Source of the DNA: a virus | Lineage: Duplodnaviria > Caudoviricetes | Length of the DNA stretch: 51,796 nucleotides | Reading direction: 5' to 3' (one strand) | IMG/VR virus record: IMGVR_UViG_3300020125_000256 | Coordinates: 1-51,796 of that record | Part shown: piece after piece, positions 8,782 through 16,900 of the stretch | How the letters are laid out: each line of letters opens with the position of its first letter | How positions within the stretch are numbered: the first letter of the stretch is position 1 | Position numbers and translations under genes: made by a program | The notes under the pieces: model-generated | Told to the model about the DNA's origin: nothing | The model's database searches: none | What the model saw: only the letters and a program-made list of their open reading frames with translations

Positions 8782-9350
8782 CCATTCGCGCCGAAAACAT
8801 CAGGGTGATGTACCCCCTATTCCAAGGGGGAAAGGGCGGTTCGATTCCGACCTCGGCGCTTCAACTTGATTTTTGGACAGTCGATTTAGCTACAGCTATC
8901 AATCTGAATAGGCTGTGGCATTCCAGGCTGCCGCGAGTGATCGCGTCCAACATTACGAGAAACCCTACATGGCTTTCTTTCGCTGCGTCATTTGACGGAG
9001 TTTTTTACGCAACGGCAATCTGGACGAACCCTACCGCCCGTTTTTTGCCGTATCACACTTGGCTGGAACTGAGACGGTTTGCCATTGCACCGGATGCACC
9101 GAAGAACACGGCGAGCAGAATGCTCGGGTGGATGGTTCGCGAGATACGAAACTCGTGCAGGCATATTTATCATCTGATTTCCTATCAAGACTGCGATGTC
9201 CATCAAGGTACGATTTACAAAGCGGCTGGTTGGGTTCCTACGCAAAAGAGCTTCGATCATCGCAATAGGGGTTTGAGACCTGGCCGCAAGAGGAACTTGA
9301 GCCAAACCACATCTACGAAGCAAAGGTGGGAGAAGGAAATAAGAAAATGA
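8778..9350 (+). CDS. Mom-family (GNAT-fold) adenine-modification enzyme, copy 1
   Basis: WHSRLP, WTNPTAR, LELRRFAI, ISYQD..VHQGTIYKAAGW, KQRW motifs; GAGGA RBS; ATGA overlap with HNH stop. Confidence 0.82.
   Translation: MTIRAENIRVMYPLFQGGKGGSIPTSALQLDFWTVDLATAINLNRLWHSRLPRVIASNITRNPTWLSFAASFDGVFYATAIWTNPTARFLPYHTWLELRRFAIAPDAPKNTASRMLGWMVREIRNSCRHIYHLISYQDCDVHQGTIYKAAGWVPTQKSFDHRNRGLRPGRKRNLSQTTSTKQRWEKEIRK
8788..8863 (+). tRNA. tRNA-Gly(UCC)-like cloverleaf nested in the mom coding sequence
   Basis: Acceptor GCGCCGA/TCGGCGC (7/7); D-arm ACATC-AGGGT-GATGT; anticodon arm CCCCC-TATTCCAA-GGGGG; T-arm GGCGG-TTCGATT-CCG(A)CC; discriminator T followed by TCA. Confidence 0.8.
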
Positions 9351-9371
9351 TCCGTCAATGGAGGATACAAA

Positions 9372-9830
9372 GTGAAAGCCTCGGCTGACGAAATCGCTGC
9401 CTTTGAAAAGCTGGCTCTGGAGCGTGGGGGATCGGTGGGCCGTGCACCGGGCAGGCAGAACGAGCGAACTGCGGCAACGGACACGGCCCATGTTCAACTA
9501 CCCACCAATTACTCTGAAAAGGAATTCCTGGACGACGTTATCGCCATAGCCCGCCGCTGCGGGTGGAAGGTGGCCCACTTCAGGCCAGCCAAGACGGCCA
9601 AGGGCTGGCGTACAGCGGTCCAGGGTGACGGTAAGGGTTTCCCTGACATCATTTGTCTCCGCCGTGGCGTTATCCTCGTTGCTGAACTCAAGGTCGGCAA
9701 AAACAAGGAGACCCCAGAACAAGAGGTATGGCTGGACGAGTTCCGCCATGCAGAAGATTACCATGGCTGGGTGAAGGTCTACGTGTGGCGCCCCGAGGAC
9801 TGGAAGACCATTGAGGAGGTCCTAAGGTGA
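9372..9830 (+). CDS. VRR-NUC (PD-(D/E)xK) nuclease
   Basis: GFPDII...VAELKV...TPEQEVWL...VWRPEDW. Confidence 0.85.
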   Translation: MKASADEIAAFEKLALERGGSVGRAPGRQNERTAATDTAHVQLPTNYSEKEFLDDVIAIARRCGWKVAHFRPAKTAKGWRTAVQGDGKGFPDIICLRRGVILVAELKVGKNKETPEQEVWLDEFRHAEDYHGWVKVYVWRPEDWKTIEEVLR

Positions 9831-10528
9831 GCCGACCTCGCTTGCTTGATTTGTTCTGCGGCGCCGGTGGCTGTGCAATGGGATACTATCGGGCCGGGTT
9901 TGATGTGGTCGGCGTGGATATCAAGCCGCAACCGCGTTTCCCGTTTCCGTTCGAACAGGGCGACGCAATCTTGAAGCTTCGGCATTTGCTGGACTCGGGT
10001 TTTATTTACCCGAACGGAAAGCCGCTTCGCCTGGAAAACTTCGCCGCGATCCACGCAAGCCCGCCCTGCCAGATTCACAGCCAGAGCAAAAATATTTGGA
10101 AAGGACGAAGGGGCGACGGAAGCCATCAAGACCTCGTGCCAGATACCCGGCGACTTCTTGAAAAGTCCGCCTTGCCATGGGTCATTGAGAATGTTGTTGG
10201 ATCGCCGCTCACGACTAACCTGACCCTCTGCGGCAGTATGTTTGGCCTCAAAGTCAAGAGGCACCGCTTGTTTGAAACAAGCGTACTTATTCTCAGTGGA
10301 CTCACCTGTCGAAAAGGGCATCCTGAGTTCGAAGTAAGCGTGTTCGGAGGCGGGGCGAAAGGAAGGCGACAAGGCCACAAATTTCCTCAAAACCATGTGA
10401 AGCACGAAGTAGCCAAGATTGCCATGGGCATAGACTGGATGACGCGGGACGAACTTAGCCAGGCCATACCACCGGCGTACACGGAGTACATCGGCAAGCA
10501 ATTACTCCGGCACATTCAGGACCATTGA
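9827..10528 (+). CDS. Short DNA (cytosine-5) methyltransferase
   Basis: Motif I DLFCGAGG, motif IV ASPPCQ, motif VI VIENV, motif VIII RHRLF, motif X QAIPP. Confidence 0.88.
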   Translation: MSRPRLLDLFCGAGGCAMGYYRAGFDVVGVDIKPQPRFPFPFEQGDAILKLRHLLDSGFIYPNGKPLRLENFAAIHASPPCQIHSQSKNIWKGRRGDGSHQDLVPDTRRLLEKSALPWVIENVVGSPLTTNLTLCGSMFGLKVKRHRLFETSVLILSGLTCRKGHPEFEVSVFGGGAKGRRQGHKFPQNHVKHEVAKIAMGIDWMTRDELSQAIPPAYTEYIGKQLLRHIQDH

Positions 10529-10540
10529 GGAGGTATTGAG

Positions 10541-10795
10541 ATGAGCAGCCCCGGCACTGCCCCCGAAATCCAGCAACATTGCCCAGAACATTACCGTTTC
10601 TTAATCCAGGCGGTCGGTTGCCAGACCGTTATGGATGCCGCTAAATACGTTTTTGAGGCATTCGGACGGCCAGACGCCATATTTGTCAAGGGAGTCTACC
10701 GGCCTGCCAATAAGCACGCTATAGGCGGCCCCTGGACGTTCCGGGAGGAGGATGGGTGGATGGCTTTTGTACCCCTGGGAGGCCGCCATGCTTGA
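10541..10795 (+). CDS. Hypothetical protein
   Basis: GAGGAGG RBS; 84 aa ORF. Confidence 0.6.
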   Translation: MSSPGTAPEIQQHCPEHYRFLIQAVGCQTVMDAAKYVFEAFGRPDAIFVKGVYRPANKHAIGGPWTFREEDGWMAFVPLGGRHA

Positions 10796-11135
10796 CCTAT
10801 CGAAGCTGACGCCGGCACCGTGGGAGGTTCATGATGGCGGCCGGTCCGACCATACGGTTTGCCAGCGGGTGGGCGAAGGCTGTAAGCCGTTGTTCGAGCG
10901 CTGGGATGGTACGAATGACTTGACGGATGCCGAGTTCATCGCCCTGGCCCGCAATGCCTTTGACGTGATGATGCGGCGGGGATGGACCCCTCGCAAAGAA
11001 GAACGCGGCTGGGTTGCGGCTGACGCCAAAACCGGACTGTGCCCACAAAGTTTTCCCGGTTTTTTCCAGGCAGCCGATGACCCATTCACCGCCCTGGTGG
11101 AAGCCGACAAGTGGTACAAGGAGCAGGGTATATGA
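10788..11135 (+). CDS. Ead/Ea22-like phage protein (TPAPW...EFIALAR)
   Basis: MLDLSKLTPAPW...DAEFIALARNAF; GGAGG RBS. Confidence 0.65.
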   Translation: MLDLSKLTPAPWEVHDGGRSDHTVCQRVGEGCKPLFERWDGTNDLTDAEFIALARNAFDVMMRRGWTPRKEERGWVAADAKTGLCPQSFPGFFQAADDPFTALVEADKWYKEQGI

Positions 11136-11347
11136 TCGATCTATCGAAACTGACTCCGGGGAATTGGTTCTACAGAGATGGCATCGGCGGTGACTTCGTG
11201 CTTTCTTATCCAGACGGCACGACGATATTGCAAGACAAAACCAAAACCAGCCGTGAGATTTTCGAGTTCATAGCCATGGCCCACAACGCATTTCAGGGCG
11301 ACCCGGATGCGCTGACCTGGTGGGAAGAGAACCGGAGGAAACCCTGA
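11132..11347 (+). CDS. Paralogue of the preceding gene
   Basis: MIDLSKLTPGNW...EFIAMAHNAF; ATGA overlap. Confidence 0.65.
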   Translation: MIDLSKLTPGNWFYRDGIGGDFVLSYPDGTTILQDKTKTSREIFEFIAMAHNAFQGDPDALTWWEENRRKP

Positions 11348-11353
11348 GCCGGG

Positions 11354-11473
11354 GGCTATCGGGGCGGGCACGGTGACCCGTGAAAACGTCAAGGGCGTTA
11401 AGCTCTGTATCCCTACTTCGGTGTAGGTCGTGAGGCGTAAAAAATCAGCCGGTTCGACTCCGGCCGGTAGCCT
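11354..11473 (+). ncRNA. tRNA-like RNA (8-bp acceptor, 5-bp T-arm) with branched domain in place of the anticodon arm
   Basis: GGCTATCG/CGGTAGCC closing stem; GCCGG-TTCGACT-CCGGC T-arm; internal hairpins; lies between ORFs. Confidence 0.65.
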
Positions 11474-11576
11474 TTTCGGAAACCCACGGGACCCACTCAT
11501 GCGTTGTGATTGGGCCTCGTCCCTGCCCGGTAGCCGGTTGGCCGGGGCCGGGCTTTACTTAAAGAGCGTTTTTGGC

Positions 11577-12134
11577 ATGAGGTTACTCAATCCACTTTGG
11601 GACAAAGAAACGCCACCACCGCCGTCATGCCGCCAATTGACGCTCGAAATCGTTGACTTTCTCTGGGCCAAGAGGCTGAACAAACAATGGCATTCGCGTT
11701 TGCCACGTATGGGGACAGGTTTTGTGGCTTCCATGCCATTCCTGTCCTTTGCCGCCTCGCACGAAGGGACAGCCTATGCGGTGGCCATTTGGTCCAATCC
11801 GGTCGCCCGAAACCTGCCCCAGCAGACTTGGCTCGAACTCAGGAGATTGGCCGTGGCGCCAGACGCCCCGAGGTACACGGCAAGCTGGATGCTCGGCAAA
11901 ATGACGCGGCATATTCGGAAGTGGCTGCCAGAAATAGAGAATCTCATCAGTTACCAAGATTTAGAGGTTCACACCGGCACCATTTACAAGGCCACTGGCT
12001 GGCTTCCTACCGTATCCAGCAAGGAAGGTGCTGGAATATGGGACAGACCAGGCAGAAGGCGTCCCAAGGCCCAATCTGAGGCCGGCAAACAAAGATGGGA
12101 AAAATGGTTGACAGGCGGGGTGGGTTCGGGGTAG
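11577..12134 (+). CDS. Mom-family adenine-modification enzyme, copy 2
   Basis: WHSRLP, WSNPVAR, LELRRLAV, ISYQD.EVHTGTIYKATGW, KQRW; start uncertain (in-frame GTG at 11430 also exists). Confidence 0.82.
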   Translation: MRLLNPLWDKETPPPPSCRQLTLEIVDFLWAKRLNKQWHSRLPRMGTGFVASMPFLSFAASHEGTAYAVAIWSNPVARNLPQQTWLELRRLAVAPDAPRYTASWMLGKMTRHIRKWLPEIENLISYQDLEVHTGTIYKATGWLPTVSSKEGAGIWDRPGRRRPKAQSEAGKQRWEKWLTGGVGSG

Positions 12135-12530
12135 AAAATGTGAGAGCCAGCCCCATGAAGTAAGGCTGGCTCTCTAATTCACACAGCGAAGGCAATTCTA
12201 TACGGCTTCTCAGCCATATTCAACCCCTTCGCTGTCCTACAAACGAAGTCCCCTTTTACGTCTTGGGGCCGAGAGTAGTAAGTCTCTCGCAAATAAAAGG
12301 ACGGTTCCGCCCCTCTCGTGAGTTGCCTCGTAGGGCCTCAATGATTGCCGGACGGTGGCGACCTTGAGGGATACGGTAAACTGGCAGCATATTCCGGTCG
12401 GGATATCGACGCATGGCCTTTGGCCGTGGCTGCAAACCAATGGCCCCGCGGGGGGGATTAAGGGGGGGCACGTGCTGTGCTTGCCAATGAGCCGTTAGGC
12501 GAATGGCAACGAGAGACAGAAGAAAGAAGG

Positions 12531-12701
12531 ATGACTATGAAGACATGGGACGTATACCGGGTCTGGTCCTTGGGAGAGATTAACTGGCTAACCACGGTAC
12601 AAGCGGAGACCGCCCTAGAAGCCCACGAGCGAGCCGAGGAGCTGATGGGCCCTGAGGACGACTACGCCAAGCTGGTGGTTGTACCGCGGGAGGAAGAGTG
12701 A
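12531..12701 (+). CDS. Hypothetical protein
   Basis: Purine-rich RBS; acidic 56 aa ORF. Confidence 0.5.
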   Translation: MTMKTWDVYRVWSLGEINWLTTVQAETALEAHERAEELMGPEDDYAKLVVVPREEE

Positions 12702-12856
12702 TGGACAAGACAAGGGAAGTCCTCGTCCAGTGCCTCATGTGCGGTCAGGTTAGGCTGGTGCGGCTGGTGTGCGGAGAACCGGATAGGATACCCTGTGACA
12801 AGTGCAAGGGGCCGGTGGAAGTTCTGGCGGTGGATGGGAAGACGCGGAGGGAGTGA
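12701..12856 (+). CDS. Small Zn-ribbon protein (not in ORF track)
   Basis: Hand translation MDKTREVLVQCLMCG...PCDKCKG...; TGATG overlap with previous stop; GGAGG RBS. Confidence 0.55.
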   Translation: MDKTREVLVQCLMCGQVRLVRLVCGEPDRIPCDKCKGPVEVLAVDGKTRRE

Positions 12857-12859
12857 GTC

Positions 12860-13345
12860 ATGTGCTTTTACCAAGATTACGATTGGTATGCAAGTATCGT
12901 CGAAGAACAAACCACCGTGGCCACGACGGAGGCGGCTTGCAATGAATGCTACCGCAAGATTCAGCGTGGACAGACCATTCACACGGTATACCAGCAAGAG
13001 CACGAAACTTGCCAGGATTGCGAAAACGGATATTGCGACTGTCATGTCAGATTTGACGGCGATGACCACGAATGCGAGTGCCCGAATCCAAACTTCGGCG
13101 AGACATTCGATTACGTTTGTTGCCACGATTGTCATCTCTTCCTGGAGGCCGTCGAATCGGTCGAGATTGAGGCTGGGTGCCACGAGAGAGAGTCGCGTCC
13201 GTCGTATTGCGGCATGATAGAGGATATTGGTAGGGCAAATGGCGATATGGACGAGGCCAAGCGGTACTTCAAGAAAGCAGCCAAGATGTTCCCAAACCTT
13301 GTCAAATCTGGTTATCTCGGCTGTCTCTGGAGAAAGATGTTCTGA
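12860..13345 (+). CDS. Cys-rich putative metal-binding protein
   Basis: Multiple CxxC/CxC motifs; GGAGGGAG RBS. Confidence 0.7.
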   Translation: MCFYQDYDWYASIVEEQTTVATTEAACNECYRKIQRGQTIHTVYQQEHETCQDCENGYCDCHVRFDGDDHECECPNPNFGETFDYVCCHDCHLFLEAVESVEIEAGCHERESRPSYCGMIEDIGRANGDMDEAKRYFKKAAKMFPNLVKSGYLGCLWRKMF

Positions 13346-13363
13346 CAACGCGGAGGGAGTGAC

Positions 13364-13543
13364 ATGCCGACGAAAGAAGAATTGGCCGAGGCCATAAACG
13401 TGCTGTACCGAATCAATGCGGACTCGCTGTTCGACGGCGGCTATATGTGTCTCGGAGGCGAAGAACGTAGTGCCCTGGCAGTGGCGATTAAACGGCTGGA
13501 AGAAGATATCGCCATTGCCAATGTCAAGATAGAGTTCAAGTGA
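13364..13543 (+). CDS. Hypothetical protein (not in ORF track)
   Basis: Hand translation MPTKEELAEAINVL...IEFK*; GGAGGGAG RBS. Confidence 0.55.
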   Translation: MPTKEELAEAINVLYRINADSLFDGGYMCLGGEERSALAVAIKRLEEDIAIANVKIEFK

Positions 13544-13912
13544 ACCACTCTTCCCCAGGTTTTCGTTGTTTTCCTGGGGATGGCCCTGGGATGTGTTATC
13601 CTTGGGTAGCCCGGTCGTGTAGCGATGCAGGGCCGGGCATTTATGAGCCGGACGTGGGAGGAATGATAAGCTTCGCACTCTCACGCTGTCCCGAGAATGA
13701 TGACAGCATTGCTTGGGTTCCGGCTCATTTCGACGATGTCCCTGGCTTGTTGCCAGGGCGAATGGGCTGCCGTGTGGACCGGCGGCCCCTTTTTCTTTTG
13801 AGCCGGGCGAGGCGTAATGCTTCCGAAGTTAATCCGGTGGGGTTGCTAAGCAGCCAGTGAATGATCGGCATGTCTCCCATGAAATGGCTGATAGGCAAAG
13901 TGCGTGCCAGGT

Positions 13913-16900
13913 TCACCGGGCCGGCACCCAAATCTGACGATATCCAGGCTCTGCCCCTGGTGGCCTCTTTCTCTCCCTGACGCCAAAAGGCCCAAGCAAT
14001 CTTCTCCAATCAGTCGGTTCCGTTGCCCGGGCCCTTTCCTTGCCGGCCACCGTGGCTATCAGAGGATTGGCATTCCAGGCGGCGGCGATGAAGTCGTTCC
14101 ATGCCTGGTTTTCTCCACCTCTGGCCTCTTCGGAAACTCGCATTCCCATGGCATTTTCGCCGGTCGCCATGGTGTGGATGAACTGGGCAACCGGCCCAAA
14201 GACAGGATGGGACAGGGAGTGAATGATATCGTCCCTGGCCTTGGTCGCAGTTGGCCCAAAGCGGGCACCGGCCCGTCTTCCCTCGATGTTGGCCAGCAGG
14301 CCGGTTTCGCGTAGGCCGCGTGTCAGGCCGGTCAGGTTGGTGAGGTCGAAGTAGGATGTCTTGCCTTCCTTGCTCCCGAGCTTGATGGCGCCAAATGGCG
14401 TATTGTCGTCTCCGTCAGCACGTCCCCATAACCTCCAGTTGGTGAAGGCAACGGCACCGGCAACGGCAGCAAACCTTCCCAGGACGTTCATACGGAGTTT
14501 GAAGGCCGCCTCGGGGCTAGTTGCCTTGACCCCAGGAGAGAGGAAGAGATTGCCAAGTCCTTGAGCATAGTAGTTGCTGCCGGCCGTCGCGAATGGTCCC
14601 AAGCCGGTATCGCGTAGCCAGGCGACGATCTTGTTTTGGCCGCGGCGGTTATACTGGCCAAGCTGGTTGATGAAATCGCGACGATTGGCTTCACTCCCCT
14701 CTACCAGGCCGCTGCGGTGAAGTTTGTCGAAAGCGTTGTCTGCCGTCAGCCGCATGGTCCTTTGCATGAAGTCAAGGAACTTACCTCCCCAGGTGGTTGG
14801 GTCCCATTTGCCTCCCCAGAGAGTGCCTGACTCCAAGCCGCTTTCCTTGAGGGCGCCAATCCTGGCCAGATCGACAAGCTGTTCACGGATGGCCGGATCG
14901 CCACGGATTATTCCCATGGCATTCTTGGCAAGGTTGATGGGAGACATACCGGGCTTCATCATCATCGTCATCAGGTTCTTGCCGTGGTAGGCAACTTCCA
15001 CCGTCGAGGCCAAAGAGAAGCGGGTAAGCAAACCTGAACCGAATATCTTGCCCCAGCGTTCATTCACATCCAATGCCTTGACGAGCTCGGGCAAGGCATC
15101 GGAATGGACGTAGAAGCTGGTCTGGCCAGCCTTGGCAGCCTGAGTTCCTCGGGGTGGTGATGTAAATGGCACTTCCGACATGCCTTCATGTTGCTGGCCA
15201 GGTTTTTCCCAGAAGCCAACGCCCTTGCTTTCCATGGTCCGGAACATCTCTGCCTTGGCGGCCACGCTGGACCGACGGGAGAGCGAGTTCTCAATGATAC
15301 TTCCCAAGTCGATGTCGTAGCCGAAAGCGGCCCCGGTGGCTTCCTGGGCAAACACGTCACGTTTGATCTTCACGTTCTTGATCCGGGCCGGCGGCTCTCC
15401 GGTAAAGACGGTGCTGGCCGTTGGCTGTTCGCCCTCGGCGTAATGCTTGAGGTTGACCGGTTCGCCGGGTATCTGCGTCCGGCTGTTGATGGGGTCGGTG
15501 TCTTCCAGGCCAGCGGCACGGCGGTAGAAGTCGTCAATGACAGGGACAAAATGTTCGCGATAGCGCTGAAAGACTTCCTGCATGAATGGACTATTCAGCG
15601 CTTGCTGATATTCCGCCTCGCTGGCAAGGGGGGAGTTGGGCTGGCCGACAATGGTTTTGACTCTGGCCGCCTTTTGGCGGGCTTCCTGGAGGAGATCGAA
15701 TGCATCGGCCTTGGCTTTGGGGTTGGGGGCATAAAGCCAGTCTTGGTGGGCCTGCATGATGTCTTGATTGTGCGTTTCCCTGATTTGGCGAAGACGGCGT
15801 TCGGTGATGACGGCCCCGGCGAGACGGCGAGTGTTCTGGTCGGCCTTGTCGCCAAGAATCTTGTCGATGTAGTAGGGGGCTGCTTCCTTGGCATAGCCAT
15901 TGGCGGCAACGTAACGGACGGTAGCCTCGCCGCTCTCTTGATCCAGGCCATGGATGCGAGGGAACATCTTGCCGCCCAGTTCTTTCATGCCATTCCAGAT
16001 TGTGGATACGGTTTGCCTGACTCGTGCCGCCATGGCAGCAACGTCCTGGCTGAACCCTGGTGGACCGGCCACGATGCCTTGCTGGTTGCGGATCAGGTCT
16101 TGGACAAGGGCAACGCCAGGGTCGATCGCTTCCTTGATAGGTGGGGCTACTCCTGCTCCGGGGGGCTCTCCTCGAACCCCTCCGGCACTTCCAGGCTCGG
16201 GGCCGGCTGCTGCTCCGGGCTCGGCTGTTGTTCGGGCTGCACTTGGGGCTGGCTCTGCTCCGGATCCGGCAGCGGCATCGGGGGGAGCTGCGGCCTGATT
16301 TTGCCTCGCGATGGCTTCGTCTCCGAAGACATCCGCAAGCTCTTGGCCGGCACGCCACTCGTCCCGGAAGCGTTCCTCTTCCGTAATTTCGCTCCTAACT
16401 TCGCTTTCAATGCGTGCAATGTCTTCGCGTACCTTGTCGGCAGGCCGTTTAGCCAGTTGACCTTCTTTTTCGGCATTGGCTACCTCCTCCGGTGCTATCT
16501 TTCTGATTTGCTCGACCACGAACTCGTTGAATGGATGCTTGAATGCCTCAACCTGGGCCTGGGCATTAATCCCACGGGCTTTGCTGGGGGGAGCTCCCCT
16601 GATCTGCTGGCCCTTGAGTCCCAGTTCTTGCTTGAGGCTGGCAATGAGGGCCAGGTTTTGCTCGGGCTCGAAATGGTCATTCATCACCTGGAGCATCTTG
16701 CCGACTTGCCATTTGTTGCCCTGGGCCATGGCCTCGCGAACGGCAGAGATAACGGCCTCGGGGTGGGGCCTTACGACGTTACCACCGGCCGCACCGCCTC
16801 GGGCAGCGGCAGTTCCAGATGGGGCGTTTTCTTGGGCAAGCCCTTGAGCTGTTTGACCCGCAGGTGGGGCGCCAGTTGGCTGTCCCGGTACTTCGCCGGT

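Noticed and set aside
12662-13684. 340 aa - strand ORF
   Set aside because: Overlaps four + strand ORFs with good RBSs; no recognisable motifs.
13545-13912. Possible small ORFs in the convergence zone between the two arms
   Set aside because: Several overlapping candidates, none with a convincing RBS or motif.
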